Assembly: GCF_006345805.1 (NCBI RefSeq)
Contig: NW_021834805.1
Span: 1-45,906, forward strand
Origin: Octopus sinensis
Taxonomy: Eukaryota
Direction of reading: 5' to 3'
Length of the DNA stretch: 45,906 nt
Part shown: in pieces, positions 1-11,107 of the stretch
How positions within the stretch are numbered: the stretch's first letter is position 1
Layout of the letters: every line of letters starts with the position of its first letter
Made by a program: the position numbers and the translations under genes
Notes under the pieces: model-generated
Told to the model about the DNA's origin: nothing
What the model saw: the letters and a program-made list of their open reading frames with translations, nothing else
The model's database searches: none

Positions 1-395
1 TGGTGCTGGTGTCCTGCAAAATGCACTGTCCACTTTGTAAGGTGGTTGGTGTTAGGAAGAGCATCCAGCTGTAAAAACCATGCCAAAACAGACCTTGCTG
101 GTGCTGGTGTCCTGCAAAATGCACTGTCCACTTTGTAAGGTGGTTGGTGTTAGGAAGAGCATCCAGCTGTAAAAACCATGCCAAAACAGACCTTGCTGGT
201 GCTGGTGTCCTGCAAAATGCAGTGTCCACTTTGTAAGGTGGTTGGTGTTTGGAAAGGCATCCAGCTGTAAAAGCCATGCCAAAACAGACAGTGATGCCTG
301 GTGCCAGCTTCTGGCTTGCTAGATCCAGTCAAACTTTCCAACTCATGCCAGCATGGAAAACGGATGTTAAATGACAATGAAGATGATGATGATAT
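1..395 (+). mobile_element. RTE-clade LINE 3' end containing a tandem triplication of a 98-bp unit
   Basis: The motif ggttggtgttaggaagagcatccagctgtaaaa recurs at about 98-bp spacing (1-98, 99-196, 197-289). It is followed by ccaactcatgccagcatggaaaacggatgttaaatga and a (GAT)n tail. This is the reverse complement of the 3' ends of the RT-coding RTE copies at 13533 and 20577. Confidence 0.8.
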
Positions 396-899
396 TCATT
401 CTCACAATTATAATCAGAATATGATGCATTTATCTTTGATATATTATCTTTTTGATAGAGAATTTCTTTGTGTTGACCAACCTCTCTTCATGTGACATAT
501 CTATTGCTGGTAGGGACTATCAATAGTCTCTGCACAAAAGGCTTCCTGAAGTAAATTTTACAAGAGAAACTATAAAAATAAGCTTTGAGTATTTGGCAAC
601 AATTAAATAAAACAAAAACTACACATGAATTATACATAAAGCTATTTGGGAGCCTTTAAACAGTGGCTCAACCTGCATGAAATAGAAGCCAAATTTCCTT
701 ACATCATTCTCTGTCTTAATATAGTCTTAAATTAGAATAGGACAAAAGCCCTTCGGACATGTTAACTGTTGTAACTATTTTAAGTAGGCAATGATTGTAA
801 TTGAGAAAATATTCGGCATTTTTTAAATTTTAGTGTCATACAAATTAAAATTGCCGTCTTCCATACATAGTCTTGTTCTTCCAGGTGCAAATGACACAT

Positions 900-1060
900 A
901 GTAAGCAACCAACACATTCTGTTAAGTGGTTGGCATTAGGAAAGACATTCACTTGTACAAACCAAGCCATAACAAACGACTCGAGTTTGGCCAGTTGGCA
1001 AGTTCCATGTCAAACTGTTCAACCTACCGCAAGGAAAACGTAAGTTAAATGACAATGATA
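900..1060 (+). mobile_element. Degenerate RTE LINE 3' tail fragment
   Basis: gtggttggcattaggaaagacattc...gttaaatgacaatgat is a diverged copy of the same 3' end. Confidence 0.6.
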
Positions 1061-1111
<51 letters not shown>

Positions 1112-1245
1112 GCATATATGTATATATATATATATTAGAAGAAATGAGGTAATCAGAAGATAGGATGGTTCATATTTATAGATATTTATTTATATATTAC
1201 ATTTTTTACATATATATATCATATCATTCAGATCATATCATTCAG

Positions 1246-1288
1246 ATTATTAGCGCTTTCTCCCATTCCAGTGGGGTTTTCAAATCAA
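1246..1288 (-). ncRNA. Candidate minimal hammerhead ribozyme motif (U3-A8 core variant) in a PLE-type terminus
   Basis: Minus strand reads ttgat-TTGAAAA-C-CCCA-ctggaa-TGGG-A-GAAA-GCGC-TA-ataat. Stem II is 4 bp, the stem III loop is palindromic (GCGC), stem I is imperfect, and AATAAA lies downstream. Confidence 0.4.
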
Positions 1289-1385
1289 ATATATATATAT
1301 GTTAGAAAAAAAAAAGGTTTTCAGAGATCTGGATGGTTGTACACATACAAATATTTATTAAAGTGTCGAATGTTTTTACAAATCA

Positions 1386-1428
1386 CATATAAGCTCTTTA
1401 ATCTACTCTAATAGATTTTTCAGATTTA
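1386..1428 (-). ncRNA. Degenerate hammerhead-like motif in the left inverted arm
   Basis: Minus strand reads CTGAAAA-ATCTAT-taga-GTAGAT-TAAA-GAGC-TT. G12 is mutated to T. Confidence 0.35.
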
Positions 1429-1556
1429 AATTTTGTGAAGGGATTTATCTCTTTTTATGGTATTAGGGAATGAGTAGAGAGGGGGGGGGAAGAAGAGTAA
1501 TGTGGAGTGTATAGGGTAGGAAAAGAGGGAGAGAAATGGGGAGGCAGTGGGAGAAA

Positions 1557-1607
<51 letters not shown>

Positions 1608-2039
1608 CGCTCGTGTATCTGAAAGGAACCTTTTGAACAAGAGACAAAGTAAAAGAATATATATTTTTAAGTAGGTGGCTGGGACAGATGCTTACTTTGG
1701 TTCAGCCAGCTTACCAGGTTTTCTGAAAGGAAAATGTTTTCAAAGTGAAAAAAATGTGTTTTTTCTTAGTGTCAATGGAAAAGAGAAGGAAAGAAAGGAA
1801 GGAAGGAAGAAAGAAGAAAAAATGTGTTTATATCTATACAGTTGGTCAGTTCTTTCAATAGATGATGACAAGTTCATTCTTGGTCTGTAAAATGGCAAAA
1901 CCAGGTGGTTACTCTAAGTAGGGTTTCAAAAAATTGTCTTGACTTATTATCATCATCATTGTCCAATGCTTGATTCCCATGCTGGTATAGGTTGGAAAAT
2001 CTGGATGCAAGAATGTTTCTATTTATGTATATACATACA

Positions 2040-2505
2040 CACACCAACACAACAACTAAGCCACTTCATAGATGTACTCCTCAAAGCTTTATGCCCAGTG
2101 ATAGCAAGCTGCATAAGGGATGATATAGACTTTCTCACACACATTCCAAATACTGTTCCAGAAAATACCAAACTTGCAAGCTTCAATGTCACACACATTC
2201 AAAGCAAATGCAAACATGAATTGCAAGACACAAAACTTAATATATTGCATATCCTGTCCCACATGCAAGGAGAACTATATAGGTGAAGCTGGCAATTCTT
2301 TATGTCAATGAGCCAGAATTCACGGACAACATATTCAACAGAGAGAGAGAGAGAGAGAGAGCTACAAAAAATTCCACTTAGGAACATGTGGAGAAGGAAG
2401 ATTCAAGATCTTTCCCTTCTATAAATGCCTAAGGAATGATACCATCTTCAGAAAAAAATATGGAACAACACTTCATAGCAAAATTCTCCCACAAACTGAA
2501 TGGCT
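2040..2505 (+). pseudogene. Penelope-like RT fragment joined by deletion to a GIY-YIG endonuclease remnant
   Basis: 2040-2195 translates as PTQQLSHFIDVLLK..SCIRDDIDFL..LASFNVT (PLE RT). From 2198 another frame gives FKANANMNCKTQNLIYCISCPTCKENYIGEAGNSLCQ*ARIH, then HLGTCGEGRFKIFPFYK..HFIAKFSHKLN (GIY-YIG). Confidence 0.8.
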
Positions 2506-2566
2506 GAAAATATGAAAATCACATTAACTTCCTTATAAACCCATCTGGAACCCTAAGATATATGCA

Positions 2567-2633
<67 letters not shown>

Positions 2634-2934
2634 AATATACATAAATAGAAACACTCTTGCATATAGATTTTCCAACCCATACCAGTATGGGAATCTGGTA
2701 CTGGACAATGATGATGATGATGATGATAAGTCCAGACAATTTTTTGAAAAATAACTTTCATTATTCTGTTGTGTCTGGGGAGAGTCATTTTGTTTTTGTG
2801 CCTTATGATTTAACACACTCACTGGTAAAATTTCCACTTATTTCTTATTTTTATTTTCCTAAAATTTTCGTTGCATCTTGCAACCTTTTCAATAGTCTTG
2901 ACTGTCTGTTATTTACACTGAGTTCCTTTTTGTT

Positions 2935-3490
2935 TGTTTGTGCACATGTGTGTGGGTCAGTCTGTGTGTGTGTGTGAGTGCCTATGCATGCATGCATGTG
3001 TGTATGCATGTATGCAAGTGTGTGTAAGTATATATGTGTGTGTATGTATATGTATATATGTAGGTATGTGTGTGTGTGCATCTGTATGTATGTATTCTGC
3101 ATATTCATGTGCTTGCATGTTCGTGTTTGTGTATTTTCTATGTATGTGTGTGTGAGTGTGCGTTTGTATATGTATGCACCTCTGTCTCCTTGTGTGTGCA
3201 TGTCTGTGTGTGTGTGTGTGCGTTTTGCAAATTTGTACTGTGTTTGTATGTATGGATATGAATCTCTATATGTGTGGACCCGTGTCTCCATATGTGTCCT
3301 TGTGTGGAGCAAAGTGTGTGTGTATATATGGTCATGTGTTTCAGTCTCTATTTGTATATATGTGCTTGTCTGTTCTTATAATCTATGTACCTATCCATCT
3401 GTATGTTGAACTGTTTATTTTCATACCCATATGCTTACATACAAAAAAAAAAAGAAAACACACGTGCATACACACACACATCTATCTACA
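2935..3490. repeat. Degenerate (TG/TA)n low-complexity tract
   Basis: A long imperfect tgtgtatg repeat that generates the spurious Cys/Val- and His/Thr-rich ORFs. Confidence 0.9.
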
Positions 3491-3552
3491 TAACAGTCCA
3501 CTAAATATTCTACTCTACCTGTGTAAACTGTGGTATGGAGGTATGATATCTA

Positions 3553-3886
3553 CTATATATATTTCCTATTTAGTATTGGGGAAGTTTCATTTATGAGGAT
3601 GTACTCCCATATTTGTCTGAGTGTTGGGTCTTTTGGGTGCTTGGATAAGATGCGGGTATCAAGTTGACCCAAGTTGCCTCCATGGTGGTCTTTGGCATGT
3701 TGGTAGAGTATGGAGGACTGTTTTCTGTCGTCATATTGTCTCAGATGTTCATTTAGTCGTTCTGCAATGCTCCTAGATGTCTTCCCTATGTACGTCATGT
3801 TCACGTCTTTACCAGCACCTTCTGTGCATCTTATGCTGTAAACTACATTTCGAGTTCTACAGGTAATGCCAGAGCTAATCCTACAT
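3553..3886 (-). pseudogene. GIY-YIG endonuclease C-terminal fragment of a second Penelope-like family
   Basis: Open frame CRISSGITCRTRNVVYSIRC..MTYIGKTSRSIAERLNEH..SILYQHAKDHH..RQIWEYILINETSPILNRK, with VVY/YIG, R, H, E and LN motifs. Confidence 0.8.
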
Positions 3887-4040
3887 ACGAGGGGCGTTCA
3901 ATAAGTAATGCCCCTGACCCACTTCCCATAGCAGTAGAGCAACGAAACTTGGAACAGTTATTAGTCTTTTTTACATAGGAACCACCCAGAGTTATGCACG
4001 AACTCATATAAAGAATCTTGCAAACCAAATCCCAAAACAA
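3886..4040 (+). mobile_element. Mariner-type terminal fragment
   Basis: Begins TA-CGAGGGGCGTTCAATAAGTAATGC, a typical mariner TIR start. No partner TIR was found. Confidence 0.55.
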
Positions 4041-4342
4041 AACTTAGAGTAACCACCTGTTCTTGCCATTTTTACAGACCAAGAATCAACTTGTCATCAT
4101 CTATTGAAAGAACTGACCAATTGTATAGATATAAACACATTTTTTCTTCTTTCTTCCTTTCTTTCCTTCTCTTTTCCATTGACACTAAGAAAAAACACAT
4201 TTTTTTCACTTTGGAAACATTTTTCTTTCAGACCCCCTGGTAAGCTGGCTGAACCAAAGTAAGCATCTGTCCTAGCCACCTACTTAAAAATATATATTCT
4301 TTTTCTTTGTCTCTTGTTCAAAAGGTTCCTTTCAGATACAGG

Positions 4343-4377
<35 letters not shown>

Positions 4378-4547
4378 CACACACACACACACACAAGCGT
4401 GCGCATGCTTGCGCACAAACATTCTCAGTTTTTCCCTCCCCATTCGTCTCCCTCTTTTCCTCCACATTACTCTTCTTTCTCCCCTCTCCCTCTCCACCAC
4501 AACCTATTCACTAATACTATAAAAAGAGATAAATCCCTTCACAAAAT

Positions 4548-4590
4548 TAAATCTGAAAAATCTATTAGAGTAGATGAAAGTGCTGATATG
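4548..4590 (+). ncRNA. Degenerate hammerhead-like motif in the right arm
   Basis: CTGAAAA-ATCTAT-taga-GTAGAT-GAAA-GTGC-TG with a 6-bp stem II. AATAAA follows at 4617. The G at the cleavage position implies it is inactive. Confidence 0.4.
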
Positions 4591-4678
4591 TGATTTGTAA
4601 AAACATTCGACACTTTAATAAATATTTGTGTATGTACAACCATCCAGATCACTGAATACCTTATTTATTTATATATAT

Positions 4679-4736
<58 letters not shown>

Positions 4737-4760
4737 TAATAATAATAATAATAATGATAA
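4679..4760. repeat. (AAT)n microsatellite
   Basis: Direct reading. Confidence 0.95.
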
Positions 4761-4815
4761 TTAGAAAATGGAAATGAATTGGATATAAATGAATTTATTA
4801 ATTAATCAATACCAT

Positions 4816-4916
4816 CAACTACAATTGTTTCATTTCATGAAGTCAAAATTACAAGACATATACAAATATAAATAAATTTTTCATTTTAAATACCTTTGGT
4901 GAAAATCTTCAGGTTA
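4816..4916 (-). ncRNA. Candidate type I hammerhead ribozyme with intact core and enlarged loop II
   Basis: Minus strand reads TAAC-CTGAAGA-T-TTTCA-(about 62 nt)-TGAAA-T-GAAA-CAATTG-TA-GTTG. Stem I is taac/gttg, stem III is the palindrome ACAATTGT and the cleavage triplet is GUA. Confidence 0.55.
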
Positions 4917-5060
4917 CATATAAGGACTACATAGTGATTTGATGGAATATTCAATTTATACACAGAATATATATTTATGTTTACAATGTGTAAGTGTGTG
5001 TGCATGCATTGTTAAAAATATTCATTCATTTTTTTAATTCAGTATTACTAATAACAATAT

Positions 5061-6820
5061 CATTGGGCAAAAAAAAAAAACTGTCATGCTATTTAAACTT
5101 TTTCAGATGATTTAGGGTAATTTTAAGGTACTGAATCTGAATCTGACATCAGTTTTCAGACAGCAAGTGTAGCTTTTTTAGTTATTCACAGCATCAGATT
5201 TTCCAACCAATTGATAATATTGACAAAGTAGTAGGCTATTTGCTTTCAATTTTCATTCATATACTCATCACGGAAATAAAAATAAGTGCTAATAGAGGTT
5301 AAATGTAGGCTACCTGTTAAATTGTCACACAAGATGAGAATTTATTTTACTTTGTTATTGCTGTAATTATAGTAAAGTTCTCCTCACAAAAGGCTATTGA
5401 TATTAAGTTATAGAAAGCCACTCAGACACCCTTTCCTTGATAACTGTTAGTGCTGTTAAAACAAAGTACATCAAATAAGAGAGCCAGGTTACATGAAAAG
5501 CAGTTTAGTAGAAAGTTTAGTTATTTATTAAAGTGATCAATCCTTGAAATTTAGAGATGGAAAAAATTGTTTCATGATAGCCATAGCTTCAGTACATTCT
5601 ATAATAATTTCAATGATTTTTTTGAGAAATATATTTTGATGTTTTACAGTAACATTTACATTTGATTTATTTTATATTTTAGTTTACTGATAGTCTTCAT
5701 TGAGTGTTGATTTAGGTTATTTCTGTATATATTTATGATGAGGAGACAAGTTTGTGCTAATCATGTGGACAGCTTTTGTTACGTGTGTGGAAAATTTACA
5801 TCAAAAGATCAGAGAAATAAGCTTACAACGAAATTTAAAAATGCTTACAAGCTTTACTTTGGGTGGAGAGTTGGGGACCAAGATAAACTGTGGGCACCTC
5901 CTCTTTGTTGCAAAAGCTGCTACACAGCTCTAACCCAATGGTTGAAAGATAAACGGAAAAGTATGCGCAAACCAACAAACGACTATACCAATTGTTATTT
6001 CTGCTTAACTAATATCACAGGTTTCTCTAAGAAGAACAAATCCAAGATTTGTTTATCCAGATTGCTCTTCCGCTTTAAAACCAGTTTCTCATGCTGCTGA
6101 AAATATTCCAATTCCAGAACCTCCTTCATCTTTTGATAAAGATAGTTTAAATGAAGAAAATACTGCATCTACTTCAATTGAAGGCATGTCAAGTGATACC
6201 GCAGATCACAATGATAAACCAGGATCTTCGAAAAAAGTTCCTTATTTATTGAGTCAACTTGAGTTAAATGATTTAGTTAGAGACTTGGGTTTAATAAAAG
6301 AAAAGTCAGAACTACTGGGCTCCAGGTTGAAACAATGGAATCTTTTACACCATGGTGTAAAATGCTCATACTTTCAAAAATGGCAGACAGAATTGCATGA
6401 ATTCATTGTATGTAGGATAAAAGGAAACTTATGAATGAATGGATAAAATTTTGCACTTGATTAAATATTCTGAGCACAAGTGGAATATATGCAGGGACTT
6501 GAAAGTTATTGGTTTGCTTCTTGGGTTGCAAATGGGGTATGTAAAGCATTAGTGCTTTTTGTGCCTTTAGAACAGCAGAGATGACAAGCATCACTATAAT
6601 CAAAAACAGTGGCCAAAGTGAAGTGAATTCACTCCAGGGAGATACAACATTAAATATATCCCTTTAGTTGACCTTCAGAAAAATTTTCCTTCATCCCTTA
6701 CACATTAAATTTGGCTTGTTTAAGAATTTTGTTACGGTCATGAATGTAGACCGTGAAGGATTCAAATATCTCAGTGAAAAATTTGTTTCTAGCATGAGTG
6801 AAACTAAAATCAAAGCTGGT
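5061..6820 (+). mobile_element. Degenerate DNA transposon, probably Chapaev3-like (CMC superfamily), 3' part missing
   Basis: Fragmented transposase at 5735-6820: DSFCYVCG..YFGWRVGDQDKLWAP..CYFC, ELNDLVRDLGLIKEKSELLGSRLKQWNLL, PLHIKFGLFKNFV. The possible left end cattgggcaa resembles a CACTGG terminus. The family name comes from memory of these motifs. Confidence 0.7.
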
Positions 6821-7792
6821 GGACAAGATATCTCAAGAACAACCAGATGGATTCAGATGAAACTTTCAGGGATGTTTGGCCTCATGACTGGCATAAACTG
6901 ATTAGATTTTGGGATCAATCTGGTACTGGACAAGGATTCTAGATTATTTGTTATATTTACTTAAGTATTATGATCTTATGTTGAATTTTAAGTCTTTCTC
7001 TGATTATCTCCCTTGAAAGCACACTCATGGTTTCCACATAAGTTATGACAGTGTTGTTGCTTCCAGAGTTTTATTTTGTTTCTCTGTTATTAATTTTACA
7101 CGCATCTCTATCTTAGTAGAAACTGATGGACAAAGAAATCAAACAACATAAACAAATGGCAGCAAAACTGCTCAGAAATTAAATAACACTAAAATATTTA
7201 GTAACAATAATAAATTTAATTTATCCTTGATAATTTTTAGTTTTACCAATTTTGAACATATAGCTCCTGTTCAAAACCTCTTACCTACTTGACAATTGCA
7301 TTTCTAGCCCTGCCTTGAAGGAAGCGTTACTTCTTGAACTCACATTTTTGTGCGCAACAATGTTGTTAAATCTACGTTAACAGGACCGTATGCAGGTCCT
7401 TTCCGTTTTCTTTCACGCATGGATAAATTTTTCACTATAGACCTTAATGGTCATTAAGACACTATATTAATGGATAGACTAAAAAAGGCTTTCCTAGAGA
7501 AAACTGTTCCTGTTCCCACTGCAGACGACACACATGCAGCATTACAAATATGGCCCCACACACCCACCGTCACATTCCATGACTACCATTGGGATTGATC
7601 AGGTAATGGATAAGGGATCTGGATTAATTTTCCGTGTTTTTTACTTAATTTTTGAGAGAAGTCAGGTTCATTTTTAGTATTCTCATTTGTGAGAGCAGTT
7701 GAGTTTATTTCAGATATTCTCATTTTAAAAATCCTCTCCAGTTAATCATTGAGAGGACGTTAGTGTTGCCTTGGTGGAGATTTGTGCTCTTG
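6820..7792 (+). mobile_element. Non-autonomous Helentron/HINE-like element remnant with internal insertions
   Basis: caagatatctcaagaacaaccagatggattcagatgaaactttcagg...gattagattttgggatc and a terminal ccttggtggagatttgtgctct. The gggatcaatc..gataagggatctggatt segment occurs twice (about 6910 and 7590). Confidence 0.4.
7338..7500 (+). pseudogene. Ty3/Gypsy integrase C-terminal (GPY/F) fragment
   Basis: Translates as THIFVRNNVVKSTLTGPYAGPFRFLSRMDKFFTIDLNGH*DTILMDRLKKAFLE. Confidence 0.75.
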
Positions 7793-7878
7793 TTTAATAT
7801 TCATATTTATATTTAAATTTAATAATAATGATAATAATCAATTAAATTATATAAGAGTAAAAGTAGGTGATTAAAATA

Positions 7879-8242
7879 CTCTTACTCTTTACTCTTTTAC
7901 TTGTTTCAGTCATTTGACTGCGGCCATGCTGGAGCACCGCCTTTAGTCGAGCAAATCGACCCCGGAACTTATTCTTTTGTAAGCCCAGTACTTATTCTAT
8001 CGGTCTCTTTTTGCCGAACCGCTAAGTGATGGGGATGTAAACACACCAGCATCGGTTGTCAAGCAATGCTAGGGGGACAAACACAGACACACAAACACAC
8101 ATATATATATACGACGGGCTTCTTTCAGTTTCCATCTACCAAATCCACTCACAAGGCATTGGTCGGCCCGAGGCTATAGCAGAAGACACTTGCCCAAGAT
8201 GCCACGGAACCATGTGGTTGGTTAGCAAGCTACTTACCACAC
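7879..8242 (-). mobile_element. tRNA-derived SINE (Octopus type)
   Basis: Minus-strand head gtgtggtaagtagcttgct..ggttcc..ttgggcaagtgtctt and a short-repeat tail (gagtaaa)n. It interrupts the AT-rich arm homologous to 24520-24560. Confidence 0.8.
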
Positions 8243-8250
8243 ATATAATA

Positions 8251-8813
8251 TCTTAATATAAAAAAAATGCCCTGTGTGTGTGTGTCCTCAATGCATTCTC
8301 AAAGTTCTGAATCAATTTGTACCATACTTGGGGTACATGAATAATTTGACCTTGGAAAGAATAATGCAACCTTGATTTATTTTTAATTTTTTAAAATGAA
8401 TAATATTGCTCTATAGAAAAGATTCACGTGTTCAAATCGTTTTCTCAACTTCCTGTGCTTGAACTTCCAGTCTTTGATGTCCTAACCAGATATCTACACA
8501 CACATGTATGTATACATCATTACAGTTGTGATGATTCTGACAAAAAGAATTTCTAAAGGTACTTTCATGTCAGAAAAATAATTTCATACGGAGATAGACA
8601 CCATTTTTTAACTTAATTAAATGAGGTTAATTAAATGAGGTTACATTAATTTTCCAAAACATATTTTGGCCATTTTGGGAACAAGTGGCTTTATTAAGAC
8701 TTGATATTTCACATTTAAATCCCATGTGATTATTCTTGATGCAAATCAGCTAATTAACACTTTCACTTAATTGTATTGTCAATGTCAACATAGTAACTAA
8801 GTAAACAGCTATT

Positions 8814-8850
<37 letters not shown>

Positions 8851-10652
8851 ATGCATACATCATTACAGTTGTGACGATTTCAGATAAAAAACAAATTCTA
8901 AATTCACTTACATTTTATATTTTCTTCTCTGGCTTTCTATTTGTGTAAGATATATACTTATGTGAGTGTGTGTGTGAGTGTGTGTGTGTGTGTGTGTGTG
9001 TTGTGTGTGTATGTGTGTGTGTAAGAGAATATGCAAAAAATCTACTTTTAGACTTTTTAATTCATCCACTCCTTAACTTTTCAATTTTTTTCTTGAAATT
9101 TTACAACTAGGGTTAAGGGTTATATACAGGGTTAAGGGTTATATACAGGTGCACAAACGCACAAAACGGAGAAACAGAAACAAATATGGATAACTTGTTC
9201 TGAAACATCCCCCAGTGGGGAATAGTTCACAAAAATAATCTCCAATTGTTTTCCTCCCAAATCCTATATGGATGGAATCTACATACTTCAAGGTATATTT
9301 GTATTAAAAAATATCCATTTTCTGAAAGTTAAGACAAATTCAAGTGGATTCCGGTGAATTTTCCGAAAGTCCTCCTCCAACCCCTGCTAAAATACTTTTC
9401 CCCCAAACCTTGTATGTTGGGAATCTACATGATATAACACATATTCATTAAAAAATTTCATTAAAAACTATCCATTTTTCTGAAAGTTATCATCATCCAA
9501 AGTTGGTGGGGAGGGGCAGAAAGCCTGTGGTGAGATGGTACCAACTGTCAATGATCTCATAATGCATGTGCTCCCAAACACTGCACAAAACTTTAGCAAC
9601 AGTCAATGGCTCTGTGAGCGAGCCATCTTAGTACCATGTAATGATGCTATTAACAAAATCGACTGGGATCTCTTGTAGCTGTTAGTCTTTCAAACTAAGT
9701 TCTTGAACTCTCTACAGCCATCTGGGATGCTACCTCATCACTTAACACTTAAAAAGGAGGCCCCAATCATGCTGCTCAGGAATCTGGAATCACCTCGTCT
9801 GTGCAATGGCACCAGACTGGTGGTGAAAGTGATGTGACTCCATGTCTCAGAAGCAATAATTATGACTAAGAACTATAAGACTGAGGATGTCTTCATTCCA
9901 CAGATCCTGTTAATCCCACATGACATCCCCTTTGAATGGTTCCAGCTCCCAGTGAAACTAAGTTTCACTATGTTAATAAATAAGGACAGCCTCTCTTGTT
10001 GAACTTCACCTTGCTTCTCGCATGGGCAATTATATGTAGGATGTTCGCAGGTTGGAAGTCCTCCAAATCTTTTCATTTATACACCAATTACAGGACACAC
10101 TCTAAACATCATTTAGAAGCTCTAGATAATTAAACTGTGACTGATTGCTGGATTTGTTTCAATACATTTGTTTATACTCACATCATCACATAGAATTTTT
10201 ATTAAATGTACTTATTAACAGGAGGAGAGTGCCTGCAGACTGGTTCTTCTCAAATTTATGCACTTTAAGGTTCAATGCATTTCAATGCATTTCAAATAAG
10301 TACTGATAATTGAAGGTGATTGCAAAGACAAAGAACTACCTGGTCTTTAACAGTTCTAACAGTGAAAACATTGGATAAAACATGTCATTGACATTAATAG
10401 TTTGTACCTCAGCTAATTACTGTTGAGAACTGCATAATCCAGGTTTCACTTTAGTTAGAGATTTAAAAGGCATATTTAAATTTCATTATTTCCAATAACC
10501 TGGGAAACGGCAGGCTGTTAATGTATAAAGTTGGTATCTCAGCTACTAGGAGGTAAGACCAGTGTAGTCTATGTTTCATGTTAGAGATCTAAAAGGTATT
10601 TTTAAATTTCATTATTTTCTTTAACCTGGGCAACAGTAGGTATTTCAGCTGG
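8251..10652 (+). mobile_element. Helitron, internally deleted, with duplicated 3' end
   Basis: Starts a|TCTTAATATAAAA and ends cctgggcaacagtagg-tatttcag-CTGG|t (degenerate hairpin plus CTRR), inserted between A and T. It carries a PIF1 remnant on the same strand. Confidence 0.75.
9540..10110 (+). pseudogene. Helitron PIF1-like helicase C-terminal remnant
   Basis: WLCERAIL; FLNSLQPSGMLPHHLTLKKEAPIMLLRNLESPRLCNGTRLVVK; DVFIPQI; CFSHGQLYVGCSQV; contains stops and deletions. Confidence 0.85.
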
Positions 10653-10790
10653 TAATAAAATGAAATAAGGCAGCAGAAATAATGAATATAGAATAAATAA
10701 GATAAGAATAAAAATTAGAAATAAAGGGAAAGTTTATGTGGGAATTCATGCACAAGTATACATCTGTGTGTGTATATGCATACATGGATT

Positions 10791-11107
10791 ACATTGAGGA
10801 GCACTCCATTGGTTATGATGACAAAGGTCCTAGCTGATATGATCGACAGGACAGCTTGCTCATGAAATTAATGTGCAAGTGGCTGAGCACTCCACAGACA
10901 TGTGTAACCTTAACGTAGTTCTCAGGGAGATTCAGCATGACGTGGCTGGCCCTTTAAAATACAAGTGCTACTCATTTTTGCCAGCTGAGTGAACTGGAGC
11001 AATGTGAAATAAAGTGTCTTGCTCAAGGACAAAATGCGTCACCAGGAATTGAACTTATGATCTTTTGATCATGAGCTGAATGCCCTAACCACTAAGCCAT
11101 GTGCCTT
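10791..11107 (-). mobile_element. tRNA-derived SINE
   Basis: Minus-strand head aggcacatggcttagtggttagggc..agttcaattcc (A and B boxes), followed by gtccttgagcaagacact. Confidence 0.8.

Larger units (their letters stand above)
1314..4662 (+). mobile_element. Internally deleted Penelope-like element with long inverted arms, right arm split by an insertion
   Basis: 1314-1919 is the reverse complement of 4042-4662, and about 1924-2045 is the reverse complement of about 2625-2749. PLE RT and GIY-YIG remnants lie between the arms. Confidence 0.7.

Noticed and set aside
1-289. CRISPR-like array
   Set aside because: Head-to-tail repeats with no unique spacers, derived from a LINE 3' end in a eukaryotic context.
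440-545. Possible downstream exon of the Ig gene after a minus-strand ttacttcag acceptor
   Set aside because: All three frames stop within 20 codons and show no recognisable motif.
2400-2456. Minus-strand CTGAAGA...GAAAGATCTT hammerhead-like match
   Set aside because: It lies antisense within GIY-YIG coding sequence (RFKIFPFYK..TIFRKK) and has no stem II adjacent to the core, so it is probably chance.
2851-3596. Cys/Val-rich and His/Thr-rich ORFs
   Set aside because: These are translations of TG/CA microsatellite sequence.
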